The notes: generated by a model from the sequence alone, not told the origin. Shown: positions 18,603 to 28,039, numbered from the stretch's first letter. The stretch is 64,000 nt of DNA from Planktothricoides raciborskii GIHE-MW2 (GCF_040564635.1 NZ_CP159837.1:419801-483800); one strand, 5' to 3'. Program-made: numbers and translations.

Positions 18603-20003
18603 TGTCTTTTTTCCCTTTCCCCTTTGCTGTAGCCAAGTTTGCATAATTTTTTCTACCTGATCCTCAAAACCATAACGTGAGGGAATATCCTGTATAATTT
18701 TTGCCCATTCTAAGCGTAAATCTACCATAATCGCGGGTTCAATTTGCTCTAAAGCGTCAAATAACTGATTACAGTAGTCAATCACCGCTTTAGTTAAATT
18801 AAAACGCTCCTCATCAGGAAGATTTGCATCCTCAAATAAATCTGATAATAGAGTAGGTAAGAGGGGTAATTGACGATTTGCTGCATAAATCAGGAAATAT
18901 TCATCTGTCACCATCCCCACATGAATACAGTGTAAGATTTCCATGTAATGAGTAAAGGTTTCTCGAATACGGCGACTAAATTCGGCGCGATCGTAATCAG
19001 TTTGAATTTGTCGCCCTTCTCTTTCCCATTTTTTGAGTAAATTTTGAGAAATTTCCCCGATAGCATCTTGCCAACGGAATTTACGCACAACGGTTTCAAA
19101 CCTTGCGTCATCAAAGTCATTATTCCAAAAACCGATATTAATGTTGAAAAATGATTCTTCTACTTCCGTTTCTAAGACTAATACGGGAATTGTATTTAAT
19201 TCGCTGAAAATTTGATTAACTGCTGACTCTGCACGGCGGTTTTTAGTCACCCATTCCCCCGCCATAAATTTAATGGGGCGCTGTTTGAGGGTATATTGTT
19301 TAAACATTTCCCGTAATGCTCCAGAAAGGGTGGATTCCATCATGGGAAATTGACTTTGAGCAGCAGCATTAGGTACGGGATCATAACGTAATACAGGGGG
19401 AGAAAAGAAGACATTTAAGGGCATTTCTGAGCGATTTTCCACAGTTTTAAGGATATCATCAGCTACAGAAAAAACGGGATTATTGCGATCGCGTCTGTTA
19501 TCATCTCGGTTTTGTTTGTCTCTTTGACGGTTAATTTGAGCATTAAGTAAAGTAATTTCTGTGGAAAATTCGCGATCGGTTTCGGTTTTCCAACGTTGAA
19601 AGGCGATACTATCAGCTTGAAGGGCGATTTGCACTTCTGCTTTAAATTTTTCGATGGCTTGGGTAAATTCTCTTTGTTTTTCTGCTTCTAAGGATTGAAA
19701 GGCTTGACGCATTTTTTCTTGTTTAAACAGGGTTTCTGCTTCCATCACTTTCAACGCGAGGCTAAATTCCTTATCTTCTTGACGCTCTTTCGCTCTCACG
19801 GTTTGACGCATTATTTCCATTTTCGCATCAAATTCCATGCGTTTCATGCCAAGATCGCAGTTCGCATTATCTCGTTTTTGGGCCAATTCTAGGGATTTAG
19901 CCTGAGTCGTGATGGCACGAGTTTGATTAATTGCCATTAATGCAGGCGCGATCGCTCCTGCTACCTTAGCTATGCCACCGATCATAGAGCCAAAAATATT
20001 CAT
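18600..20003 (-). CDS. Hypothetical protein, 467 aa. It has an N-terminal glycine-rich hydrophobic segment, a long coiled-coil, and a C-terminal domain of unknown function.
   Basis: 'MNIFGSMIGGIAKVAGAIAPALMAI' is followed by a heptad-like charged region. I recognise no family. The gene is tightly bracketed by MITE pairs. Confidence 0.55.
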   Translation of the reverse strand: MNIFGSMIGGIAKVAGAIAPALMAINQTRAITTQAKSLELAQKRDNANCDLGMKRMEFDAKMEIMRQTVRAKERQEDKEFSLALKVMEAETLFKQEKMRQAFQSLEAEKQREFTQAIEKFKAEVQIALQADSIAFQRWKTETDREFSTEITLLNAQINRQRDKQNRDDNRRDRNNPVFSVADDILKTVENRSEMPLNVFFSPPVLRYDPVPNAAAQSQFPMMESTLSGALREMFKQYTLKQRPIKFMAGEWVTKNRRAESAVNQIFSELNTIPVLVLETEVEESFFNINIGFWNNDFDDARFETVVRKFRWQDAIGEISQNLLKKWEREGRQIQTDYDRAEFSRRIRETFTHYMEILHCIHVGMVTDEYFLIYAANRQLPLLPTLLSDLFEDANLPDEERFNLTKAVIDYCNQLFDALEQIEPAIMVDLRLEWAKIIQDIPSRYGFEDQVEKIMQTWLQQRGKGKKT

Positions 20004-20029
20004 AAATTACACTTCTTTTTTGTTTTCTA

Positions 20030-20226
20030 TTGTAGGTTGGGTTGAAACGATAGTCTAAACCCAACATTATTAACGTTTTGGTTACTGGTTGGTGTTGGCT
20101 GCGCTTGGCTTAACCCAAGCTAATCCCTAATTATAGGTTGGGTTGAAATGATAGTCAAAACCCAACCTGATTAATTAATTATTGTTTCGTGTTGGGTTGC
20201 GCTTTGCTTAACCCAACCTACTAGCT
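20030..20226. repeat. Two tandem MITE-like palindromic elements of the same family as 18408-18602, abutting the 5' end of gene 18600..20003
   Basis: 'tgtaggttgggttgaaacgatagtctaaacccaacatt...cttaacccaagcta' and 'taggttgggttgaaatgatagtcaaaacccaacctg...gtgttgggttgcgctttgcttaacccaacctactag'. Confidence 0.8.
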
Positions 20227-20643
20227 ACTAAATCGACAATTTATATTTTAATTGAGAAACCAAAGAAACCCTGCTCCCGCTTCGGCACACAAAAAACCGG
20301 GTTTCTACGACAATTTTGGGATTTTCAGCAGAACTTTGCTCAAAAAACTCGGTTTTGGGGCTTTGTAGCGATCGCATTAATAAAGCAAACTTTTAATCAT
20401 ATCACACAATATACCTTGATGTGTAGTAATTTTAACAAAACTTAGGGGACAGACACCGCGTATTCTCAAGGGTTACAGGTTGAATCATCAGTTTAGACAA
20501 TCTCCCCCCGTAAAAATTTTTATAGAAATATTGCGTTTTGTTAAGTTATATGTGCTAAGGTTAATGCAACAAGAAAGCTTGGAGTTAGAGAAAAGCTCGA
20601 AAAGCTCTTTCTCATTACAAGTTCAGCATCTAATGGAGACTTT

Positions 20644-21606
20644 ATGCCGTACACCGTTGATACAGCACGCAATATCTTTTCAAATACTCTGGCTGCCGAT
20701 GTTGTTCCCGCAACAACAGCCCGTTTCAACCAGCTTAGTGCAGAAGATCAACTGGCATTAATTTGGTTTGCTTACTTGGAAATGGGAAAAACCATCACAA
20801 TTGCCGCTCCTGGTGCGGCTAGTATGCAGTTTGCCGAATCCACTTTGGCACAAATCAAGGAAATGTCCTTCCGGGAACAATCCCAAGCCATGTGCGATTT
20901 GGCCAATCGGACCGACACTCCGATCAATCGGATGTATGCGATTTGGACACCGAATATCAAACTGGGCTTTTGGTATCGTCTAGCTGAATGGATGGACGAA
21001 GGACTCGTTGCTCCCATTCCTTCTGGCTATCAACTTTCTGCCAACGCTTCCGCAGTTTTAGCCACCATTTGCAGTATGGAACCGGGACAACAAATCACGG
21101 TTTTGAGAAATGCAGTGGTAGACATGGGTTATGACCCGAACAAAATTCAAGGATATCAGCGTGTATCTGAACCTGTCGTTGTCCCCACAGAGACTTCTGA
21201 GCGTCAAAAAGTGACCATCGAAGGAGTTGATAATCCAACGGTGATTCAATACATGACCAATCTTAATGCAAATGATTTTGATGCTCTGATTAAATTGTTT
21301 GCTGAAGATGGTGCGATTCAACCTCCTTTTCAACGTCCTATTGTGGGCAAAGAAGCTGTACTGCGTTTCTTCCGAGAAGAATGCCAAAATCTCAAACTCG
21401 TCCCTGAACGGGGTGTGGTTGAACCAGCAAATGATGAGTTCCTGCAAATTAAAGTTACTGGCACTTGTCAAACCCCTTGGTTTGGTGGCAATGTGGGCAT
21501 GAATATTGCTTGGCGCTTCCTGTTAAATCCTGATGGCAAGATATTCTTTGTGGCGGTTGATTTATTAGCATCGGCCAAGGAACTTTTAAACTTGGTTAGA
21601 AGATAG
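20644..21606 (+). CDS. ocp: Orange carotenoid protein (OCP), the photoprotective NPQ trigger
   Basis: Near-identity over long stretches to Synechocystis Slr1963: 'NTLAADVVPATTARFNQLSAEDQLALIWFAYLEMGKT', '...RPIVGKEAVLRFFREECQNLKLVPERG...TPWFGGNVGMNIAWRFLLNPDGKIFFVAVDLLAS'. Confidence 0.95.
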   Translation: MPYTVDTARNIFSNTLAADVVPATTARFNQLSAEDQLALIWFAYLEMGKTITIAAPGAASMQFAESTLAQIKEMSFREQSQAMCDLANRTDTPINRMYAIWTPNIKLGFWYRLAEWMDEGLVAPIPSGYQLSANASAVLATICSMEPGQQITVLRNAVVDMGYDPNKIQGYQRVSEPVVVPTETSERQKVTIEGVDNPTVIQYMTNLNANDFDALIKLFAEDGAIQPPFQRPIVGKEAVLRFFREECQNLKLVPERGVVEPANDEFLQIKVTGTCQTPWFGGNVGMNIAWRFLLNPDGKIFFVAVDLLASAKELLNLVRR

Positions 21607-21665
21607 AAATTTGTTGATAATTTGGACTGAAATATGTCCCAATTTTTCAACGGATTAAAATGAGA

Positions 21666-21690
21666 GCGTCCTCAGTGGGGGCGCTTTTTT
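21666..21690 (+). terminator. Rho-independent terminator downstream of ocp
   Basis: Stem GCGTCC/GGGGCGC (one G.U pair) followed by TTTTTT. Confidence 0.5.
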
Positions 21691-21817
21691 CGCATAGATA
21701 TAGCGGTTATTATTCAAATGAAGTACAGAGGTTTTCTGGATTCCCGCGCAGGCGGGAATGACAGTTTTTTTGTCCTTCATAACTCTGAGAAGTGCTATAT
21801 AGATATATAGTCTTAAA

Positions 21818-22576
21818 ATGGCAATTATGGGATTACAAAAACAAGGATCATATTTGGGTTTATGGTTGGCGATCGCGATTATTTTATTATGGGTTGGCAG
21901 TGGGATTTTTCTCATGGCTTTGCCTCTGGAAAAAATGAATTGGCTGGCGATCGCTTTTGGTATCGGGGGAAGGTCTTTTCTTCATACGGGATTATTTATC
22001 CTTGCCCATGATGCGATGCATGGCAATCTCGTGCCGAACCATCGGCATTTAAATCGGAGAATCGGCCAACTCGCGGTGAGTCTCTATGCTTTATTATCCT
22101 ATAAAAATTGTCAACAAAATCATAGAATTCACCATTTAAAACCGGGACAGATTGGCGATCCAGACTTTCACGATGGAGTCCATCCTCAGCCGATTTTCTG
22201 GTATGCTAAATTTCTGGGCGGTTACTTCTCTCTTGGCCAATTTCTCAAATTTATCGGGGCGATCGGGCTATTTTCCTTCTCGGTGCATAGTTGGTTTCAT
22301 ATTACTTACTTAAATTTATTCCTCGTCTTCCTGGTGCCGCTAATCTTAAGTTCGCTTCAGCTTTTCTTTTTTGGCACATATTTGCCTCATGGCTTGGGAA
22401 AGACTGGACAAAACCGGCATCGCCCGACTAATTTTTTATGGCATTGTTGGTCATTAATAACTTGTTATCACTTTGGAGCGTATCACCAAGAACACCACGC
22501 TTTTCCCCAAATTCCTTGGTTCCAACTGCCTCAAGCTGCCGCCATTCCCCCAATCCCGCAAAATTTAAAGAAGTAA
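21818..22576 (+). CDS. crtW: Beta-carotene ketolase CrtW
   Basis: Histidine boxes 'LAHDAMHG', 'HRIHH' and 'HQEHHAFP'. Strong overall similarity to Nostoc CrtW ('CYHFG.YH.EHH..PQ.PW'). Confidence 0.85.
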   Translation: MAIMGLQKQGSYLGLWLAIAIILLWVGSGIFLMALPLEKMNWLAIAFGIGGRSFLHTGLFILAHDAMHGNLVPNHRHLNRRIGQLAVSLYALLSYKNCQQNHRIHHLKPGQIGDPDFHDGVHPQPIFWYAKFLGGYFSLGQFLKFIGAIGLFSFSVHSWFHITYLNLFLVFLVPLILSSLQLFFFGTYLPHGLGKTGQNRHRPTNFLWHCWSLITCYHFGAYHQEHHAFPQIPWFQLPQAAAIPPIPQNLKK

Positions 22577-22752
22577 TAGCACAGCCGTGAAATCCATACA
22601 TAGCAAGGGTTTTGACATAAAATTCCTCTCTGTCCAGAAATTTTCTCAGCCAATCCCCTAGTTTATGCATCCAAATATTTATTATAATTTTTACTCATAT
22701 CAAGGAAAGTAATCTTCTTTGACTGCAATTTAAATTCAAAAAACTATTAATT

Positions 22753-23085
22753 TTGACGATGCCCCTTACTGAAACTCAATGGTCTCCCACAGAAGAAAAA
22801 ATTGTCAAGACTGCTTTTGATACTGCCTATCGTCGTGAAGTTGCTTCGATGATGGCAGAGGTCAAACGACAAGCGGAAGCAGCCACCAGTCCCGATGAAC
22901 TCTGGAAACTGCATGATTTTCTCAGTGCCAGAAGGCATTACCTGGATGGGAAATACGATTCTCGTGATTCGATGTTAATTTTTGTCTTTGCCCAATTAGT
23001 CAAAGAAGGCTGGTTAGAAATTGGAGAATTAGCGGGATTGAGTCCCGATAAAATCGCCAAGGTCAAAGCGCTGACACTCGTTTAA
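22753..23085 (+). CDS. frp: Fluorescence recovery protein (FRP)
   Basis: 'ELWKLHDFLSARRHYLDGKYDSRDSMLIFVFAQLVKEGWL' matches Synechocystis Slr1964 ('LWKLHDFLSAKRHEIDGKYDDRQSVIIFVFAQLLKEG'). Confidence 0.85.
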   Translation: MTMPLTETQWSPTEEKIVKTAFDTAYRREVASMMAEVKRQAEAATSPDELWKLHDFLSARRHYLDGKYDSRDSMLIFVFAQLVKEGWLEIGELAGLSPDKIAKVKALTLV

Positions 23086-23094
23086 TTGATCAAA

Positions 23095-23360
23095 GAAACC
23101 GGGTTTCTTCACACTATGTCTGCTAGAAAATAACAATGGCAGAAAGAAACCCGGTTTCTGGGCGATCGCTCCTACCAAAGAAACCCGGTTTCTCGCTTCG
23201 GCAAACAAGAAACCGGGTTTCTTAACAGCCAGAAACCCGGTTTCTTAAGCAAAGTTAATTCTCCCGAACAAAGTTAACGCAGAAACCCGGTTTCTGATTC
23301 ATCACGCAGAAACCGGGTTTCTTTTCAGTTATCGCAGAAACCGGGTTTCTGGGTTCAGGG
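23095..23360. repeat. Cluster of 9 copies of the 15-bp palindrome AGAAACC(C/G)GGTTTCT within 270 bp
   Basis: Directly visible. Copies are spaced 20-50 bp apart. The same palindrome is dispersed elsewhere: 10085-10170, 13990-14135, 14395-14535, 16715-16760, 16955-16980, 20275-20300, 31248-31320, 38320-38400 and 41145-41240. Confidence 0.9.
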
Positions 23361-23506
23361 AGAGGGGAAAATACGGTGCGATAGCTATTTATTTAATCAT
23401 CAGACGTAAGTCATACCAATCGATAAAACTGCGATAATAAAATGGTATTTTTGTCTAAAAACAATCTACAAATACACTTAAAGTTAGAATTTAATTTCAC
23501 ACTTAT

Positions 23507-23920
23507 TTAATTCACTCCTGCTGTAAGATCATCAAACATTGGGGTCATAATTTTCACAACGGGATTATCTATAAGCTCAATTATCTCGGCTGTAGTCCCG
23601 GCTTGCAAAGCTTTGATAATTCTCATTTTTATCTCAGGCTTTTGCTCCATTTCTTCCATAGCTTTCGCTGCCACAGTTGCTTTATCAGCAATCGTTATTG
23701 TTGGGTAGTTTTGAGATAGTTGATCTAAAATTTTCTGAATTTCTGCGGCTGCTTCAGTCAGTCTTTGTTTCTGAGCGTTGACGACACAACCAGCCGTTAA
23801 AATATTGTTTGCTATTTGTCCAGTATTCAGAGAACCATAAACACTACCGCTGACATTGCAACGCAATTCATTACTATCTCTAGGCATATTGAAACGCAAT
23901 TCATTACTATCTCTAGGCAT
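23507..23920 (-). CDS. Hypothetical protein, 137 aa, with an 11-residue N-terminal tandem duplication (MPRDSNELRFN / MPRDSNELRCN)
   Basis: The ORF sits in an AT-rich island. The duplication comes from a 33-bp direct repeat at about 23880-23930. No family recognised. Confidence 0.45.
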   Translation of the reverse strand: MPRDSNELRFNMPRDSNELRCNVSGSVYGSLNTGQIANNILTAGCVVNAQKQRLTEAAAEIQKILDQLSQNYPTITIADKATVAAKAMEEMEQKPEIKMRIIKALQAGTTAEIIELIDNPVVKIMTPMFDDLTAGVN

Positions 23921-23960
23921 AATAAAATTATCTCCTTATCTATCACAGTCAAACTTACTT

Positions 23961-24740
23961 TTAAGAGTAAAGCATATCAATTGTGTTTCTAGAAACAAGC
24001 TGATTTGGTTTTTCTTTTTCGTCTAATGATACCCAAATTGATCCCTGAAGTTTAGTTGCCACATTTTCTTCAAATTTTTTATTGTTTTGATCGTTAACGA
24101 TAAAGGTGGTAACATATTTTATATCCGGTTTTTGCTTATACTGTGTCCATCCATAAAGCCTCAAATCGTATCTGCCAGCTTTTAAATCAAATTTTCTACC
24201 TCCTAATTCATTAATCCAATCAAACCTGACTACTTTATTTACTGAAGATCCTCCTTCTACCGAAATTGCTTGAGCTATATTTTCATCTTCAAAATTATTA
24301 TTTTCCAACTTCACAAAAGTATTCCATGTCATGTCATAACAATCATCACAATTCGGGATTCCAATAACCAAACGAATCCGATTTATGGTTCCGCCTTCGC
24401 TGCTCCTATTGCAGAAAGTGATAGGTAAATTAAATCCGATTCCTTCAATTTGAACTCCAGAACCATTTTTCAATGGAATACATATAGGAAACAATATAAT
24501 ATTTGTTCCTATATAAAGCTGTATTTTAGCTTTTTGAAAATGAGAGACATAAGCAACAGACATAGACACAATTAAGCTACTAATAGCAATGATTGTGCTA
24601 ATAGGATCTGCTGACATCCCATTTGAATTAACGTTATTGTCTTTGACGCTATTTTGTGCAATTTGGGGTGCAGAATATGACAAAAATTGTTGACTTATTA
24701 TATCTCTATTTTCATATTTGTCATACGCATCTAACTGCAT
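23961..24740 (-). CDS. Hypothetical single-pass membrane protein, 259 aa
   Basis: TM helix 'ISTIIAISSLIVSMSVAYV'. Very AT-rich coding sequence, much lower GC than the flanking genes, which suggests horizontal acquisition. No family recognised. Confidence 0.5.
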   Translation of the reverse strand: MQLDAYDKYENRDIISQQFLSYSAPQIAQNSVKDNNVNSNGMSADPISTIIAISSLIVSMSVAYVSHFQKAKIQLYIGTNIILFPICIPLKNGSGVQIEGIGFNLPITFCNRSSEGGTINRIRLVIGIPNCDDCYDMTWNTFVKLENNNFEDENIAQAISVEGGSSVNKVVRFDWINELGGRKFDLKAGRYDLRLYGWTQYKQKPDIKYVTTFIVNDQNNKKFEENVATKLQGSIWVSLDEKEKPNQLVSRNTIDMLYS

Positions 24741-25103
24741 ATTGGTTAATTTTTTACACGAATAAACAACTAATTTTAACCAAACGGAGAGCTAATTATA
24801 TGCTACTCTAGCTATGTTACTGACTACGCAATCAAAAAAAATACCTAGACAGTATCGGCTGTATAAGACAACATCAAAGACTCTCAACCGCTCAACATTA
24901 AAGCATAAAAAACATAACAATATTTTTAATTTGTTATATTTACTACCTCCAGTATGAACGATTATTTTCAGCTTTGTCAACGTCAAAAAAGTTCAATTTT
25001 GATGAATTTTGTTATATTTTTTCTGAGACTTTGTGCAAAAATGTAGAAAAATGTGCAAAAATGTGATTAATGACACACAATACTCTCCCATCTTCTAACC
25101 CAT

Positions 25104-26495
25104 ATGAATCTTAAAGAAATGTTAAAAATTGCTGATGAAATAGTCTTCAAGAAAACCGGCGAACACCTCAACGACTTACAGGAAGGGGTACTGCGAGGAA
25201 CTCTACAGCGGGAGACATATAAGGAAATCGCTCAAAATTTTTACTGTTCGGAAAGTAATGTGAGAAAAGTGGCCATGGAATTATGGGAAATACTTTCAGC
25301 AGAGTTGAGTGAAAAAGTCAGTAAATCTAATTTACGCTCAGCAATGGAGAGGTGGCAAGTCTCGCTCGTTTCACACTATGCACAAGACTCTGTACGAAAC
25401 TGTGTGCAAATAAGTTGTGTTAATGTTTGTGGAGAAAGTAGACAGCCACCAGATATTCCAAATTCAAATCCACCGAATCAAGAAACAACTAACTCAAAAG
25501 AAAATAAAATATCCCATCAATATTTAAGTGAAATGCCGGATTTTGGTGCTTTTTACAGTCGAGATACCGAACTGGAAAACCTCAAAACCTGGATTTTACA
25601 ACAACGCTGTCGCCTCATCGCAGTCACCGGCATGAGTGGCATTGGCAAAACTGCATTAGCAGCGCAACTTGTACAACAAATTAAAGATGAATTTGAGTAT
25701 GTAATTTGGTGCAGTCTAGACGAATATTACACTCTAGATGCCTTTGAATATAAACTAATTCAGTTTTTCTCCCAGTCAGAAAAACTTGATGCACAGCCAA
25801 GTCAAACGAAGCCCTTAATTAAATATCTACAAAAGCATCGCTGCTTAGTGATATTAGATGACATTCAAAACCTTTTCATTAGAGGTGAATTGGCAGGAAA
25901 GTATAAACCAGGATACGAAGAATATCGGGGATTTTTCAAACAAATCGAAACATTTTCCCATCAAAGCTGCTTTTTGTTAATCGGTTGGGAACAACCGAGA
26001 GAATTGACTCAGGTTAAGCCCCAAAATAATCTGATTAACAGTTTACAACTGACGGGTTTAGATATCGAAGTTGGACGAGAAATCCTGAGAGAGTACGGGT
26101 TAGCTGAAGTTGAACAAGCCTCAGCACTGATGCAACGCTACGAAAGGAATCCATTATGGGTAAAAACTGTAGCGATTTTCATTCAAGATTTGGGAGTATT
26201 CGTCACTGATTTGTTAGTAAATGAGCCGCTGTTATTGCCGGAAGATTTGAAAGATATTTTAGGGCAGATTTATGATCGCTTATCCAACATCGAAAAACAA
26301 ATTCTTTCTTTATTGACGAAAGAAAACGAACCTGTTTCTTTAGCCAAATTACTAGAAAATAACATAATCGCCTCGGCAGATTTGCTAAATGGACTGCAAT
26401 CTTTATCACGACGCTGCTTGTTAGAACAACAGGATAATTGTTACTCCCTAACGTCTGTATTGAAACAGTATATCAAAGGTTTATCACTAACATAG
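25104..26495 (+). CDS. NB-ARC/STAND-family P-loop NTPase with a cyanobacterial N-terminal HTH-like domain and no C-terminal repeat (sensor) domain
   Basis: N-terminal 'LNDLQEGVLRGTLQRETYKEIAQNFYCSESNVRKVAMELWEILS' is the N-domain typical of cyanobacterial NB-ARC/WD40 proteins. Walker A 'VTGMSGIGKTALA', Walker B 'CLVILDDIQN'. At 463 aa it is much shorter than full-length family members. Confidence 0.7.
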   Translation: MNLKEMLKIADEIVFKKTGEHLNDLQEGVLRGTLQRETYKEIAQNFYCSESNVRKVAMELWEILSAELSEKVSKSNLRSAMERWQVSLVSHYAQDSVRNCVQISCVNVCGESRQPPDIPNSNPPNQETTNSKENKISHQYLSEMPDFGAFYSRDTELENLKTWILQQRCRLIAVTGMSGIGKTALAAQLVQQIKDEFEYVIWCSLDEYYTLDAFEYKLIQFFSQSEKLDAQPSQTKPLIKYLQKHRCLVILDDIQNLFIRGELAGKYKPGYEEYRGFFKQIETFSHQSCFLLIGWEQPRELTQVKPQNNLINSLQLTGLDIEVGREILREYGLAEVEQASALMQRYERNPLWVKTVAIFIQDLGVFVTDLLVNEPLLLPEDLKDILGQIYDRLSNIEKQILSLLTKENEPVSLAKLLENNIIASADLLNGLQSLSRRCLLEQQDNCYSLTSVLKQYIKGLSLT

Positions 26496-26601
26496 CGACT
26501 CCTTTTCAACTCATACGAACTATATCAATTGATGTCAATATCCGATTAACATTACCTTGTGAGTCCGAAACGGAAGAATAAAGTCAAGCCTAAAGTTATC
26601 A

Positions 26602-27027
26602 CTACGAACCTAGGTCAAAATATTGTTGAATAAAATCTTGGGCTGCCATGATTTTAATGCCCTGATATTCTGCTAAAACGCGTAAATCCATATCGCCTGT
26701 AATAATCGCATCCGCTTGAGAGGCGATCGCAGTTGCCAAGACCATAGTATCATCTGGATCTCTGAGTTCAGGCACATTTAATTCATCAATTGGATATAAA
26801 ATAACAGATGAGCGAATCAGAGCAATTACAGTAGATCCCGTTAAACCTAAAGCTTTTAGCTTGGGTTGCAGTTTGGTTTTATTGAATGTGCCTTCTAATT
26901 CATCCAATAATTCTTGAGACATGGCAATTGTGATTCTTCCTTGTTCTGCCAATTGGACAATTTCATCAGGAACTCCGCCCCAAATCACCGCAGATACCCA
27001 AATATTTGTATCTAAAACTACTTTCAT
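26602..27027 (-). CDS. PIN-domain toxin (VapC-like)
   Basis: 'MKVVLDTNIWVSAV' carries the PIN acidic residues and '...ITGDMDL'. The start overlaps the upstream antitoxin gene by 4 bp. Confidence 0.75.
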   Translation of the reverse strand: MKVVLDTNIWVSAVIWGGVPDEIVQLAEQGRITIAMSQELLDELEGTFNKTKLQPKLKALGLTGSTVIALIRSSVILYPIDELNVPELRDPDDTMVLATAIASQADAIITGDMDLRVLAEYQGIKIMAAQDFIQQYFDLGS

Positions 27028-27284
27028 TTCTTTGCTCTTTCGTGACGAACTTCCTTGACGATCGCACAAATTTCTTCAGTAGTAAGCTGATCCGGATCGT
27101 CTCCTAACTGCTCTCGGCGTTTTCTTAAGTCATCCCAATCAAATGTGGGGACTTTTGTAAAAACAATAGTGTCTCCATTGGTAATCACTGAGTATTTTTC
27201 CCCCTGCGAGAATTTATCTCTAATTTCCGGTGGGAGTTCTAAATTTCCTTCTGGGGTTAAAGCGATCGTAATTGTGGCTTCCAT
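27024..27284 (-). CDS. AbrB/MazE-type (SpoVT/AbrB fold) antitoxin
   Basis: 'MEATITIALTPEGNLELPPEIRDKF...' is the typical looped-hinge-helix antitoxin N-terminus. The ORF-track start further upstream is unlikely. Confidence 0.65.
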   Translation of the reverse strand: MEATITIALTPEGNLELPPEIRDKFSQGEKYSVITNGDTIVFTKVPTFDWDDLRKRREQLGDDPDQLTTEEICAIVKEVRHERAKK

Positions 27285-27562
27285 ATTTGTTTCATTATTC
27301 CTGACGATGATGATTATACCACAATTATACCACAAAATTTTTCTATTTCAGTTTCATCATGGCTGCATCATGGCTGCATCATGGCTGTAGGGGCGAAGCA
27401 TTTCGGCAGAAAATCCCCGCTTACCACCCATAACTTACCTGCCGAAATGCTTCGCCATGACGATATTTTTGGTAAACAAAATCGCCAATTTCATTCCAAC
27501 GGCCCGCGCATTGTGCTATTATAATTATTATCAAAATTATCCAACTAATTCAGTGAATTTAT

Positions 27563-28039
27563 ATGACCACGATCGCCCCCGTAACCACCGCAGCCAAACT
27601 CGCTGATTACTTCATCTGGTTTGCCAATGATGTAGGTTCTTACCTCAGCAATCAAAAACTGCAAAAACTCTTATACTATGCCCAAGCCTGGTATTTAGCC
27701 TTTGAAGATACACCTCTATTTGAGGAAGACTTTGAAGCCTGGATGCATGGGCCGACTATCCCCGCTTTATTTTATGAATACAAAGAACAATTCGGGTTTA
27801 AACCCATTCTGAAAGAAGTCGAAAAACCCGAATTCTCAGAAGATGTCCAAAAGTTTTTAGACGAGTTAGCTGACGATTATTTTTTTCTGGACGCTTATGA
27901 GTTAGAGTTGATGGTGCGCCGCGAAGACCCTTGGATTAATGCCAGAGGTGACTTGCCAAAAGATGAACCTTCTCATGCTATTATTACTAAGGAGTTAATG
28001 AGAAACTTTTACAAAACCCGTGTCATCGAAGAAGAATAA
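27563..28039 (+). CDS. Panacea-domain (DUF4065 / SocA-like) protein, a putative PanA antitoxin
   Basis: 'QKLQKLLYYAQAWYLAFEDTPLFEEDFEAWMHGPTIPALFYEY' matches the DUF4065 consensus. Confidence 0.75.
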   Translation: MTTIAPVTTAAKLADYFIWFANDVGSYLSNQKLQKLLYYAQAWYLAFEDTPLFEEDFEAWMHGPTIPALFYEYKEQFGFKPILKEVEKPEFSEDVQKFLDELADDYFFLDAYELELMVRREDPWINARGDLPKDEPSHAIITKELMRNFYKTRVIEEE

